Source: Puccinia triticina (Eukaryota). Taken from it: 64,000 nucleotides of DNA. Where the stretch lies: positions 2,604,001 to 2,668,000 of the forward strand of contig CP110439.1 of assembly GCA_026914245.1 (NCBI GenBank), read 5' to 3'. Under the pieces are notes generated by a model. It had not been told where the DNA came from. It was given only the letters and a program-made list of their open reading frames with translations, and searched no databases. The position numbers were made by a program, and so were the translations under genes. This document shows positions 1-12,933 of this stretch, in pieces (the first letter of the stretch is position 1; every line of letters begins with the position of its first letter).

Positions 1-1141
1 GCTGACAGCTTGGCACGCAATTCAAAGAAGGGCCGCACCGTTCTTCCACCCGATGGTCCAATCATCTTCACAGAACAGGCCGATCCATTGCTGCTTCAGT
101 TCACTGCACACCTTGGCTTCCGGAGAGCAGAAGTCATGCTCGGACAGTTCAAGAGAATCGTGTTTGCGTTTCCCGACAATCCTGGTGGCCATCGCCATGA
201 GCAACGAGCGCCCTTGCGATTTGCTCGCTATGGCCTCTGGGTCGGTGAGTGGGTATCTGCAGTTTCTGCAAGGTGTAAGCCACAGATCCATAATTTCCTT
301 GCAACAAAAATCATGAGCTGATGTTCTCTCGTACGCCAGTTCCCCAGTTTTTCCTTATTCCCACGAGCTACCTCGACAACGGCGCCTCTCACATAAACAA
401 AGAGAAACTCCTGGCGTTGGTTGGTCAAGATTCATCTGATCGGCCTCCACTGGCCTTCTGTGAAGCACTGTTTCTGCGCGTCGCCGAAGGGTTTGTGAAG
501 CTCGTGAGGGTGAAGGAGGCCTTGGCGCATACGATCTATATTTCCATGCTTGTCTCTAGCTCGAAAAAGCCTTACGAAGAACTCCCCAGTGCCCTGCGCA
601 GCTATACCGACATCGGCTTCTTCCAAGCGCTAGTCGCACGAATCCGATCGATGCTGTCGTGCATCACAGGTCTCCAACAAAAAGTCAGGGGCAGCGATTC
701 GACCAACATGTCAGCACTGGCATGCTTTGCAGTGGGTGGGGTACGTGGCCTGCTTCTTGGCCCCCCCTCTGATCGTATCTGCACGCCCAGTGGAGCGGCC
801 CAACATATCGCTCTAATCGCTATGGGTACGACGCATCGTGGTCTGTTTCCTGGGGTTTGTTGTTCTCCAAAATGTTACATACGTAACTGATTTTTCAGCC
901 CGTTCTTAATTACACAGATCCCGAGCCTTATTGGCACAAAACACACACCCTCATTCTCCGTCTTCTCCGCTCCTCATTTGCGGATCATCGCCTGGCGGAT
1001 CTGAATGAGGTTCACTTGGCGGACGCGCTGGCTTCAGACTTCTTGCATGTTTGGTCCGCAACGGGTGAGCCGGTCCCATGGCTCAAGCCAAGGGCTCGCA
1101 AGGCAGTACGTCCGCCAAACATCGACCTCAACAATCTATAG
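1..1141 (+). CDS. 3' part of a spliced hypothetical protein gene (runs in from before the window)
   Basis: ORFs 53-316 and 321-890 can be joined through GT-AG introns (gtaagc near 275; gtacga near 826 to acacag near 917) to a last exon DPEPYWHKTHTLILRLLRSS...IDLNNL* ending TAG 1139-1141. No family recognised. Confidence 0.4.
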
Positions 1142-1857
1142 TCCACCCTGTGACCGGCCCTCTACTCGAGCAGGGAACACTTTACTGCACTGATGATATA
1201 GGGGAAAAGAACCTACAACTTCGATTATTATTGTAATATTTGATTATCTCCTCATGTGTGTCTGGTACCTCCTCAATATCCTATGAACATCAATCGTAAT
1301 CTTTTCATCCATTGTTGTTTGCAATATACAAGTTTACCAAATCAATGTGAGCACATTGAATTGAGAGAGACTGAACTTAGATATTAACAGGAAGGAGTCT
1401 GGCCCTGCAAGATCGGCGAATTTCAGCAGACATCAAGAGTCAGAGGCTGTGTGGTAGCTAACCACATCTATGAGCGTGATTCCAGAGTACCCAATGTTAA
1501 TCAGACAGGCTGAGGTTAGGAAAAACATCAATCCAGGAATTGCTGAGTCTTCAGTGCTGAGATCATGTCAGCGTATATAACTCTTCAATTTCAAGTAGGT
1601 GTGCAATCCCTCTCTGCTACACGAAGGTGGGTGGGACTGGGATCTTCAACTGTCAAATTGAATGGACACAAGTGTTTTTGGCTTACCTATGGGACATGTG
1701 TCATGGCTTTTTGGGGCGGGCTAAACGCATACCCCAAATTGCCAAGCACCCAACCAATGAAAAATAAACTTGTTTTCACATTTCTTCTGGTGACTTCCTG
1801 AATGATGAGATAAATGACGATAAAAATAAGACTATTATATGTACTGATTTTCTCAAG

Positions 1858-4800
1858 CTAACGTTCTTCTGTGAATCTTTCTCGAGCTCGTTCACGTTTT
1901 GTGCTTTTGACTAGATCGAGGATTGATTGTTTAACCAATTCTGATCGATTCTGCTCCAGTGCCCTGTTTTGTTCATATGAAGAATAAAATGAATAAAACA
2001 TACGAAATAATGAAATATATTATAGCAGAGAGGCGAGACTTACTGTTTAAAAGCGAGGAGGAATTTCTCCTTATCAGGGATAGTAGCGACCTTGGGGGGC
2101 AAACGTTCGATGACTGAGGGGACCCAAGACGCCAATTGGGTGGGATAAAAGTCGGCCAAAAGCCTGAAGAGGATGATGACGGTGGAGAGGCAGTCTTCGG
2201 GGAAGTCAGTGAGGGTTCTCTTGAGCAAGACATCGGAGAGCAAGTATCCGTTCTGTGTGACGAGTTGATTGATCGACTGTGCAAACAGATGGTAGCCCGC
2301 CGGAGCGACCGGAACAGACATCTGATTCGAGCCAGGAGGAGCATTGCTCGTCGCCGACCCGGGCTTCCCCCCTGCCCCAGATGATGAAGAGGCTGCCGCC
2401 TGTAGCTCTAGACTCGAGTGCCCGAGGATCTCTCGGATGTAGTTCAGACTGGTGAATATCGGCTCGGGATCGAAGAACTCGAGACATGTCAGCACCAGTG
2501 GGAAGGATTGATGAAAACAGTTCGAAGAGATCAGGATCTGGTCTTGGTAATCCATCAGGCTAGACAAAAGATGTATGTAATCATCGATCACTGTGTTTCC
2601 ACATGACGCCATCCAAATCAACGAAAACAAGACCATTTTTATGTCAGTTTTTAGAAAAATACAATCGAGAGCCAAGGACGTACCATCAGAGATCGTGGAA
2701 GCGTTGTTCTCGTTGAGGAGAGGGAATACACGATTGCTCTGGCGTTCGAAGGCAAGTTGTACAGCCGAGAGAAAGTTAGGATCGGTTAGTTCAGGGAAAG
2801 CGGCGACGATCTTGGAAGTGATCCAAAGATAACTCGAGCAGCCGGAAGCCTCGAAGCCTGCAGTGACCTTCTCTAAGACGGAGCCGATGAGAGGCAGACA
2901 GGCTTCGCCGTAGAACGTCAGCCCGCGACGGATCAGCGCACAGATACGCTCCGATAGTTTGATACTGCTCCCGTATTGCTCCAGGATCTCAGAGATAACC
3001 GTCCAGATCTCGCCCATCGACTTGAGACAGTCCGGCAGCAGGTCTCCTTCCAGTCTGCCGATGATCGAAAGAAACGTGTCTAGGCGCTCCAGAAGATCTA
3101 TCAAGAAACATCACGAAATTCAAAATCAACTTAAACCCACAACATCGAATTATCAGGAATCTAACAGGGGAAATAGGGGGAAAAGAGCTGACCTGAAACA
3201 TTTTGCTGTACTTGCTTGGTGGGTGCCTGCTTCCTGGCCGCAATGTTGTGCAGTCCTTCTACAAGAGGCATGCAGAATGTGGACATGGCGGCAGCGCCTT
3301 GAGGGGCAGGAAGACCAGCGATGATATGTGCAATGGCTGCAGAGACTTCGTTCATATCATCCTGACCAAGGGTCAAGCTCATGTTTTGATAAAACGAATG
3401 CAATTGAGGAAGATAAGTGATCAAATGCTAGGAATGAACAGGAGATAATAACTATCAGTTGTTATTAGCAGGAAAATCAAGGACAAAAAAAAGCTTACCT
3501 GGGCACAATCCCGACACAAGAATTTCATGGCTTGGGCGGCGGCTAGTCTGACCTCTTGGGTGGGGTCTTCAAAGCCAGAAGAGATGTACTGGAGTTGGAA
3601 GGGGATTCCGTCGGGATGAAGATTGGTCCATTCGGTGTAGCGGCAGAGGACAAGGATAGTAGCGTATCGGATCTTAGGATGGGCGGGTAGTCTAGGGATG
3701 ATGTCCATGATCATCGGAAGGACCCCGTCCTCTTTGAGATCCACCTCGGCGCCCATGGTTCTCATCGAAAATAGGGGTGCTTCGATATCCTGCCACTTGA
3801 CGTTCGAGTTGCTCGACATGGCTTGGACGATGATGTCATATGATCTCTTAAGACAGACCGAGGCACCAAGCACGTAGCAACAATCCTTCAAAGTGTCGCC
3901 GATGTCATGTCGGAACCGACGGAAATCATCGGCTTCCTGGCCGACTTGAGAGCTGGGATCGTCGGGATAGTGGAGATGGCGGATGATAGTTTGTACCAGA
4001 CTGGAGTAGATGTCTAGCAATGGTTTTGCGTTGGCGTCTTCTCTCTTGCGATGTAGTCCCTTGGAGAGTCGATACCAAAAGTTGAGGGTGATTCCGACCA
4101 CCTCGAGATCCTCGTAATCACAGCAGGAGCGAATAGCAAGAACGATCGGCAAGAAGGTTTCTGGATGGCGGAGGATCAATGGGGTGTACCATTCCCCAGC
4201 TTCGACAAAGATCCGGCAATAGCCACGCATCTTGTCTGGATCGTCTCGGTCTTGAGTGAGCTTGGGTTGGAGGGCAATCAGGAAGGATAGGATCAGTTGA
4301 ATCACCGGCATGCTCTCGTCGATCTCTTGAGTCTCGTGGATCAGATCGACGATAAAGTCCACAGCTGATTCGAATAGTGAATCGTCTTCTAGAGCCGAGA
4401 AGGCACAACCAAGGATGAATTGAGTTCCTGCTGAACTACTTTGAATCTCGCCTGCCCTCAACCAAGAACTTAAACAATGAAATATTTGTGACTTGATGGC
4501 TGTCGTGATACCTTTGGGGGATAGAGAGAGAGAAAGAGAATAAGTGAGAATGGATCACACGGATAACAGGTAGTCAGTCAGAGTGGTTCTCAACCTTGAG
4601 CGCCCAAATACATCGCAAGGGTGCTTGGAACCAGTTGAGCGATCTCAGGGGTACTCCATTGATTCTAGATTAATTGTAAGCAGTTGATCAGCGGGAGGAT
4701 GCCAATCGAAGAGAATATACGGTGTGGAGTCGAGATGAAAAGAGTGGTCGCACGAGAATTTTGATCTTCGAATTGCCGACGATCTCTTGAGGGAAGACGG

Positions 4801-5385
4801 TAAGAAACTCGAGCAGGACCGGGACGGTTTTAGGGTCCTTGCCGAACTTCTCTATCAGATCGGTGACGACTGTGGGCCATTCGGGGAGTTGTAAGGCCAG
4901 ATCGGCCAGAGACAGACAAAGCTGAACGAGGATGATTTTGGAGGAGATGATCGAATCCTGGCTCAGGGCCGTCAAGAGCGAGTCCCGTAGCTGTAGTCTG
5001 TGTGGCTCGGGAAGTTGGTCAAGGTCGAAGGTGATCTAGATCAGACAACCAAGCGCAATCAGTCTCACTAATTTCATCCATGATAAATAAAAAGACAGGT
5101 CATATCATGTGGCTTTACCTTGGCACGGAAGGTTTGAGCAGCAAACAGTTTACATTCGATCGGTGCCTCTTGTGTTTTGAGTATGACGTCGGATGTGATC
5201 CATGCTTCATCCTAACATTGACCACATAAAATGGTTAGTTGATCTATTCTGATTCTGTCTGCAGCATAACTTACAGTTTTCTGGAATGATTGAAGCCATT
5301 GGTTTGCGTTCGATTTGATGGTTGGGTCTGGGTTCGTGTAGAGTGCTGATAGATACTGTGTGAGTTCGTTTATCAGTTCGGCCAT
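1858..5385 (-). CDS. MTR10: Importin-beta family nuclear import receptor, Mtr10/transportin-SR (TNPO3)-like, multi-exon
   Basis: N-terminus MAELINELTQYLSALYTNPDPTIKSNANQWLQSFQKT, then AWITSDVIL..LFAAQTFRAK, QLCLSLADLALQLPEW, FRRFRHDIGDTLKDCC, WQDIEAPLFSMRTMGAE, CRYTEW. ATG at 5385. Last exon QALEQNRSELVKQ...FTEER* with TAG at 1858-1860. Confidence 0.9.
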
Positions 5386-5627
5386 CGTCTTGGTTTTGGA
5401 GGTGGTTGTGTCTTGCGTTGATATTAGTGGAAATGCCGGAGATTGCTGTGGGGTCGCTAATATGTAGATGGCCAACTTCCCCGGGGCCAGTCGGGGGAAT
5501 ATCGGATATCTATTTATCCACCCACAGTCGGCCGGCACGAACAGCCCACCCAGCATACACAGTATTGTGCTCCCTTCAAGACGCGGCTCAACCTTCACAG
5601 ACTCGAGGAAGCACACGGACGCGCAAG

Positions 5628-6186
5628 ATGTCAGGTCGCCAGCAACGGGTGATGGTCCAACCCATCGTAAGCTAGTCTTCGCCTTGCTCCCAGCTTTCGA
5701 CCCGATCATTAACGACTCGCTCCCCTCCTCTCTGTGCAGAATGTCATCTTCAAACATCTCCAGGCCGGTCAATTGGTCCACATCTGGTTATACGACAACA
5801 CCGAATTCAGACTGGAAGGAAAGATCATCGTTCGTTGACTCGCATTTGGAAAAGCAAAAGCCCCCTATAGCCGTTCGATCTAAAACGTTTGACTGGTTTT
5901 TTTTATTGTGCTCATCCAAAACATACAAATACAAACTGGTTGGTAGGGCTTTGACGAATTCATGAACGTAGTGCTTGATAACGCATCAGAAGTATGGGTC
6001 AAGTCGAAAAAAGGAACACCGCACCGAGAAGCAGTTGAGAAGGGAGCACGAGTATCACTAGGTAGCGTCATCAATCATCTTTCCAAAAACTTCGTGGTTT
6101 ATTGACCTGATCGAGTTTGTTTTTCATCTGCAGGTCGATTGCTACTGAAGGGAGAAAACATTACTCTGATCGAAGCGTTGAAATAA
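5628..6186 (+). CDS. SME1: Small nuclear ribonucleoprotein E (SmE), 98 aa, four exons
   Basis: Exons 5628-5666, 5740-5829, 5947-6061 and 6134-6186 with GT-AG introns give MSGRQQRVMVQPINVIFKHLQAGQLVHIWLYDNTEFRLEGKIIGFDEFMNVVLDNASEVWVKSKK...RVSLGRLLLKGENITLIEALK*, with Sm1 (GFDEFMNVVL) and Sm2 (GRLLLKGENITLI) motifs. Confidence 0.95.
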
Positions 6187-7064
6187 ATCCCCACAAAACA
6201 CGAAATACCCACCCCACATTCCCATCTATCCTCTTGGCCCAATTGCGCATGTTTTTTGTGTGACTCCAAACGTTTCTCTTGTTCATTTCCGTATCTTGAT
6301 CTAAAAGCCATCGCAAAATTCTTAGACGAGTTTACCCTTTCGGGCACCTCAAGGTGCTCGATCCCACGGCTTGGGAGGCCCAAACAGTCCTTTTTTTTGA
6401 TGGAAGCGAAACCGTTGCTCGTTCCCTCGCAAGGTGGCAACGGTTCGTGAGCCAGCCTCATTCCAGAATCAAGCACTGTTCAATCTGAGATGAGACAAAC
6501 TAGTTGGTCAGGGCAGCTTGGGTGTGCCGGGCCCCCTGAAAACCTGAGTAGGACGGAATCAAATCTGCCCTGCATAAAGAAACTTGCCCAAAATTGCCTG
6601 ATGGAAAAATAAGCATTGAGTCTTGCCAAACATGGAAATATGATGTGTTTGTTTTGATGAAGAAAACAGTTTCTGAAGCATGTAGCAGATTTGTGTGTGT
6701 CTGTAACTGAACAGGGTTGACCAGAACCAGCCTCAGACAGTCATATTTTTAACCTGTGTTATATTATGTGGGAGGCCCATCATCCCCCACACTCAAGAAC
6801 AATCTCTTCAAAGCTTTACACACCCTTACACAAAATCAAATCCCCTTAAACAGTAAGCCATATTGATTTGAAAAATGAAAAATCCAAACATGTCTTACTT
6901 ATTCATGGTTTATTTACTTGTTCCACAGAGTATCCAACTTTGCCCATTCTTGAGACACCCCCATCACATACTTACTTATCAACCTATTCAGTAAGTTTGA
7001 TCATCATTCATTCCACAGAAAAAAGTTTAACATCTGACATATCAATACATAACAGCTATCCACC

Positions 7065-8557
7065 ATGCCAACCTCACTTGAGAAAAGGCTACAATCAGCC
7101 CTAGATTCCCGCAAGGCACACTCAAACCTTAGATCATTGGATCCTATTCCTGCTTGGGCTCCAAAAGACTCAACTAGCTTACAACCAAAGACCAACTTAA
7201 TAGACTTCTCCTCCAATGATTATCTGTCTTTTGCTTCTTCTCCTCATATCCGTGAAGTGTTCCTAGAAAATCTCTCAAAAGCTAAGGAGAACCCTTTAGG
7301 CCCATCTAGCTCTAGATTACTTGATGGCAACACTATCCTTCACCAAAACTTAGAGAACAAATTGACAAAGTTTTTCAAAGGCCAAGCAGGCTTATTGTTT
7401 AATAGTGGCTTTGATGCTAATGTGAGTATTTGGAGTACTATTCCTGGTCCTGATGATTGGGTTGTCTATGATAGTCTCATCCATGCATCTATACATGATG
7501 GTCTTCGATTGTCTAGAACCTCCCCTATTCATCGAGTATCTTTTCTTCACAATTCCCTCATCAGCTTATCAGAAACCCTCAAAGCTATTCTGTTAAATGA
7601 TGTAGATGTCCAATCTGGTAGAACAAATATCTTTATTAGTGTAGAAGCTTTGTATAGTATGGATGGTGATCTTTGTCCGTTAAAAGATATGGTTGTATTG
7701 GTCAATAGGTTGTTTAGTGAACATCACAACGCTTACATTGTGATTGATGAAGTGAGTAATTTTTTACAGCTGTTTTTGATTTAATTTAACTTACAAATTG
7801 TTCTTACAAATTTACCTACCTTTCTTCTTTATATAATAATATTTAGGCTCACTCTACTGGTCTATTTGAGGCTTCTGGAAGGGGATTTGTCTGTGCACAG
7901 TCACTAGAAGATCAAGTACTGATCCGCTTGCATACCTTTGGAAAATCTGTAGCTTGCTCTGGGGCAATTGCACTCTTGCCACCTCTCCTTAAGGAATACC
8001 TCATCAACTATGCTAGACCTCTTATTTTCTCAACAGCCATGACTCACATGAATGTCATTGGTCTATCTACTTCAATTGGGGAGTTTGAAACACAACATAG
8101 GACCTTAGTAAGTTATGGGTCTGTTTATTTTGTGTCTTGGCTGTAGCTCAATCAGTTTTTGATATCTTAGGCTGCACAAAAACTTGGTTCACTCTTTTGG
8201 CAGTTGACCACTCAACTTAATCAACTGATCATCAAGTACAAAATCAAACCTTTGGTAGCCAATCAACCAAGACCTGTAGATGTGGTCCTTACTATTCCTC
8301 AGTCAACTATTGACATGATCAATCATGATTTTTTTTCTCCCATTGTACCAGTTTTTACCTCCAATCCCAGAGACTTAGCCAGATTTCTATATTCTAATGG
8401 CTTGCTTGTAAGACCTATTGGCACTCCTACTGTTCCTTCTGGTAGAGAGCAAGTCCGCATTTGTATACATGCTAATAATTCTACTCATCAAGTTGATTCT
8501 CTTGTGAAAAATATTGATCTTTGGATAGCTGCTCATCTTCTCAAATCTCATATCTAG
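7065..8557 (+). CDS. bioF: 8-amino-7-oxononanoate synthase (PLP-dependent aminotransferase class II, biotin synthesis), three exons
   Basis: Exons 7065-7751, 7847-8107 and 8171-8557. Motifs DFSSNDYL, SSRLLDGN, LLFNSGFDAN, YDSLIHASIHDG, VEALYSMDGD, DEAHSTG (across a splice), HTFGKS (PLP lysine), LINYARPLIFST, PTVPSG..VRIC. Confidence 0.9.
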
Positions 8558-8819
8558 TGTTTTAATCTATGTATGAATCAATTCTTTCTTTTTCATTCAA
8601 TTCCTCCTATCTTGAATATAAAGGCTGAAACCCAAACTCCCCTCCCTGTATTGAGACTCAATTTTGATCCTGTTTAGAAATAAATACTCGTGGAAGGTGC
8701 AAAGTGAGAGATTTGGAGGAACTAGAAGTAGTATTTCATTAGGAACTATTCTAGAAACTACAAAAAATAAGGTTTGGGTGAGTAATAAGTGAAATGAAAA
8801 TTTACCTAGAAGCAGACTA

Positions 8820-9560
8820 GAGGCTGCCTTCTAGGGTTTATTTTGGGAAGGAAAGAGTTGGTCTTTTGCGGTGTTTTGGCTGAGTCTGTTGATGTTAAGT
8901 CTTGGTGTCAGCCTCCACTTCTTTCTCCCCTTTTTGGGGTTGGTAAGGTTTGCTTACTTGGGGCTGAGGGTTTTCCTCTTTTCTTGCCTTTAGCTAGAGT
9001 TATGCATTCGGTCAGGGCCGCCAACGTTATCTGTTTTCTCAGAGTCGGCTGGTTAGTCCTTTGACCTTGCAACTTCTTAGCTTGCAAACTCTGCTGCTCA
9101 CCTCCTGCGATCTCTCTAGGGTTCGCGGTTGCTGCTGCTCGAGTTCTGGTTTTGGGCTTTGTGCCTGCTTGTTAGGGGAAGAGCTATTAGCTTCTTCCTT
9201 GTCAATTAGCCGGTCAGGTAACTCTATTACTCACCAGTGGTGGTAGTCAAGATCCTTTCCAGTAATGATGATTGGCAAGGTTTACTTGCTTTATCAATCT
9301 TGCTGCTTTCGTGGTTGGTAACTGCATTCATCAAAGAGATGCGCTCAGTTTTGCCAACCCCGCAAGCAGCTTGGGCTGCGGATAGAGGTTTGCTTTGCTT
9401 ACCGTCTTCCGCAGCTTTTGTGGTTCGCAGTACCCTCCTTGCCTTTGGCGAGGTAGTCTGTTCCCCTTGGCCCATATTCTTACACACAGCTACATGTTTG
9501 ACCTTTTTACCAAAATTGAACAGCCCACACTCACTGACTGGCAGCTTCAAGGGTTGAAAG
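8820..9560 (-). pseudogene. Degenerate low-complexity coding fragment abutting a transposon cluster
   Basis: ORF 9227-9550 continues into K/E/Q/S-rich coding-like sequence (ELPDRLIDKEEANSSSPNKQAQSPKPELEQQQP) broken by stops. No family recognised. Confidence 0.25.
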
Positions 9561-9952
9561 TGTTATGTCCTGGTGTCATAAGGGTAAAGATGACCGTTGA
9601 TACCCGGCACCCGTGGGCAGGTACCACCCGCACCCGCCAGGAGGTGCCAGGTGCCCGTTTTGGGACATGAAACCAGGAGGTCCCCAGGTACCACCCCCAA
9701 GTACCGCCTCATACCACCTAATATCCCTGCCAAGGGGGGGGGGTTGGTCTAAAGAAGGCACCAACCAAGTACCTGTTTGCGGGTGCAGGCTGTGGGTGCC
9801 GGTGTCCAAATTTGGTCATAAAGAGGGCTAAATGGTCCTCTCAATGACCAGAACTGTTCCAGTTTTAAATGGTCTTCTCAATGACCAGAACCGTTCCAGT
9901 AATTCAGACTCAGAGCATTAAACACTCTTCTGATGAACGGCTCCATTCCAGT

Positions 9953-12364
9953 TCAGGATGTAAACGGGTTGGGTTCGGGTTGGAAAACAGTGCCCAAACC
10001 CGACCCAAGGTAAATGTTGGGTCGGGGCGGGTCAGGTCAAAATCTCAAACAGGCTGCCCAAACCCAAACCTGATTAAGGATGCAGCGGGTCAGGTCGGGT
10101 CAGGGTTGGGTCAGGGGTGAACCGAGTGTTTTGGGCCGTTGAATGAGAAAGGAAATAAAATTGTGCCAATTTCTAGCTATCTGGTCCTGGTGCATTCGTG
10201 TATATACAACAGGGGAGCCTATGAAGATAAAATCAAAGAAAAGATACTAAGATGAGCCAGAAACAATGAGAGATACATTATCAAAGTCATCATCTTTGTT
10301 CATTACAATCCTCTCTTCAGAGCGGATCCAGTTTTGCGCACATACAAGTGCTTCAAGAGTATTTGGTTGCATTTGGGTTTGATTACTGCCAAGGACTCTT
10401 CCACCAACAATGGGAAGTTACATTATCCAGTTTGCCTCAGTGTGATTTAGTTATCCAGTCCTATGTGATGTGAAATCCAACATAAATTGAATCTGTGGGT
10501 GTCAAGAGAATGTTTAATGTTGGTTAAAAATGTGGATCCCAATTTATTCCAAGGAAATCCCATTTTTGATGTTAAAATAACGTTTTTGTGACCAAATGTC
10601 AGTTATCTGGTCTAAGTTACCCAGATAACTGATTTTTGGTCACAATAGTGATATTTCAACATCAAAAATAGGAGTATCTTGGAAAAAAAGTGGAACCATA
10701 CTGTTAATCAACATTCAGCCTTTCTTTTGACACCCACAGATTGAATTTATGTTGGATTTCACACCCCAGAGGACTGGATAACTAAATCACACCTAGGTGA
10801 ACTGGATAACATAACTTCCCATTGTTGCTTCCACCTGTGGAGAATGCTGATTCTGATGCAATCAAAGTCATCGGAGTCATTAGAATAGATTTTGCAAGTA
10901 TGGCGAGTGTTGGGAATTGATTAGCGTGGGCGCTCCACCAGGTGAGGACCAAAAAATTAGCCAATTCAATGAGAATTGGTGGCTCCTGGAGATACAAGTC
11001 AAGCTCAGCCGTAGTAGATACCAATTGGGCCATCTTCTTCCTCTTGAGGTATTGCTCAAAGCACTGATCATCTTTATTGGAAGTAGTGTGTTTTTGAACA
11101 TTTAAGTTGTTTTCATCACAATCAGATTCTTTTTTGGTGAAGTGCTCCCAAATTTTGCTTGTTGTCTTTTGTTTTTTCAAATTTTGACTGGTAGATTGAG
11201 ATTCTTGCGCACTCAATGGTTCAGGATCCTTTTTGGTGGTTTTTGCAACCTCTTGAGTGCTTGGCGGCCAAGACTGACCCTTGGTGGTGACTTGGGATTG
11301 GGAAACCTTGATTGGAGACTCTTCATCAGACAAACTGGAATTCACCGCGGCCAGTTGTTTCCTCTTGGACCGTTGCATGGTTGGGACTTGTGGCAGGATG
11401 GGTGATTGTTGTGGCTATGTGACTGTGGGTTGAGGGGATATCAGATATCTCAGACTTAAGTCACCAATTGGTGTGGAAAGATGGGTAGCGTGGGGGGTCA
11501 AGTCTTTCTTGCGCGTGGTGCGCGCCAGCGGCTGTCATTATGTCTTGCTACTCAATTAAATATGATTAGGTAATATGATTAGGTCCCGCGACTCAATGAA
11601 ATATGATTAGGTTATATGATCCGACAGCGCGGTGTGGCATGCATCCTCAAGGTGTTTCAGGATTTCTTCCTCTTTCTATCCTCTTCTATGTTTTTGGTTT
11701 TGTTTTGTTTCAGTTGTCTAGTTGTTGTAGCGTGCGCTTGCGCACTAGGTTGTGATGAGATGTCTGCTAGATGTCACAAACTCCAAAGTTTGAGTTCCAT
11801 TCAAACTCAGGCTTTGGAGTGGCATGGACCTACTCTGAACCGTAATTTTCAGTTTCTCCATCACATTCAAAGTTATTGCTCTTGGCGTCTTTCCACCCGT
11901 ATTCTCAGTTTCTCACAACTTTTAAGTTCATTACCCCGCAATGTCAATCCCTTCCAGCTTCTGGTTTTGATCAAACCTCCGCCGGCAGTATCCCCGGCTC
12001 CTCTCTCAAATCAAACACCGCCAACGCGCAATTCCAGCCATTGTAAATCATCCCCCCCCCAAGGCTACACAACTCTCAGCGCTCTTTTTTGGCCAATCAC
12101 CCCGGAGGGCATACACAAATCAGGTTTTCTATTTTCATTCCCCTTCACCAACTGCCTACCGCCTGGCACGGTAGGAGTTCCTCATTGGCAATTACAGCTG
12201 ACTTAATCAGGTCATTGGGCCAACCCAAAATGGAATTGGCCTGCCCCAACCAAAACCCAATTGACAATTGGGTCTTGCCGGGCCGGGTTGGAAATTGGTT
12301 TTTCAGCTGTCAGGCTACCTGGACCCGGCGGGTCTTGGGTTGACCCAACCCATTTGCATCCTGA
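9953..12364 (-). mobile_element. Internally deleted hAT DNA transposon
   Basis: TIRs tcaggatgtaaacgggttggg / cccaacccatttgcatcctga with a perfect 8-bp TSD attccagt (9945-9952, 12365-12372). Remnant transposase has a BED-finger start (KKQKTTSKIWEHF) and the hAT dimerisation domain (ELDLYLQEP..WWSAHANQFPTLA..SESAFSTGG|RVLG..LEALVCAQNWI). Confidence 0.9.
10405..10827. mobile_element. Near-palindromic 423-bp MITE inserted in the hAT transposase
   Basis: Ends caacaatgggaagtta / taacttcccattgttg with arms complementary over most of the length. 7-bp TSD cttccac (10398-10404, 10828-10834). It splits the SAFSTGG/RVLG motif. Confidence 0.9.
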
Positions 12365-12680
12365 ATTCCAGTCATTGAGATGAGTGAACACTCCTCCTCT
12401 TGACAACTGGAACAGACCCGGTCATTGAAAGGAGTAAACACTCCTCTTATTGACAGGAATGGACCCTGTCATCAAGAGGAGTGTTTAATCTTCTCTTAAT
12501 TACCTTGGGGGAGTAAAGAGCCTGGTCATTGAGAGTGTTCCTCCTCTTGATGGCCTGGTCTGTTCCGTTAATCAAGAGGATTAAAGACTCCCCTCAATTA
12601 CCAGAGCAAACCATTCATCACTCCTCTCCTTGAACGGCTTGCTCCGGTCATTGAGGGAGTGTTTATCCTCTTGGTGACCG
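12365..12680. repeat. Degenerate short-unit repeat field (ctcctcttgatgaccgg / ccggtcatcaagagg family)
   Basis: Repeated inverted motif units of roughly 35-40 bp. The same family occurs at 9830-9950, 33140-33700, 61790-61985 and 62410-62690. Confidence 0.7.
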
Positions 12681-12933
12681 GTGTGGTAGACGGAAAAGTG
12701 GCAAAATAAAAAGTTTTTTTTTGTGCCACATAAGTACTCATACTAGGCCTTAAGATACCACCAAATGTACCACATAGAATGATTCTACGGCCAATCTCAC
12801 CCCTAGTCACCACTGAAAGCACCCCTGGGCCCCCTCTAGTGTGGAAGTTACACCTCATGGACACGTATCACACAGCCAGCCCCAGTAACCCAGCTGCCAC
12901 CTGCCTCAACCCAAGTTTCACAGTAGTACACTT
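12677..12933 (+). repeat. Dispersed repeat of about 255 bp, copy 1
   Basis: accggtgtggtagacggaaaagtgg...agtttcacagtagtacactta is highly similar to 63597-63851. Confidence 0.85.

Noticed and set aside
5212..6476. ORFs 5212-5781, 5468-5965 and 6099-6476 as independent genes
   Set aside because: They are explained by MTR10 exon 1 and the spliced SmE gene, or their antisense.
7065..8557. Horizontal transfer of bioF suggested by atypical composition
   Set aside because: The gene has two spliceosomal introns and fungal-type motifs, and CpG loss extends into the flanks, which fits methylation-driven decay better.
12681..12705. tRNA or SINE A-box-like start ggtgtggtagacgg
   Set aside because: No B box (GTTCRA) or cloverleaf follows.
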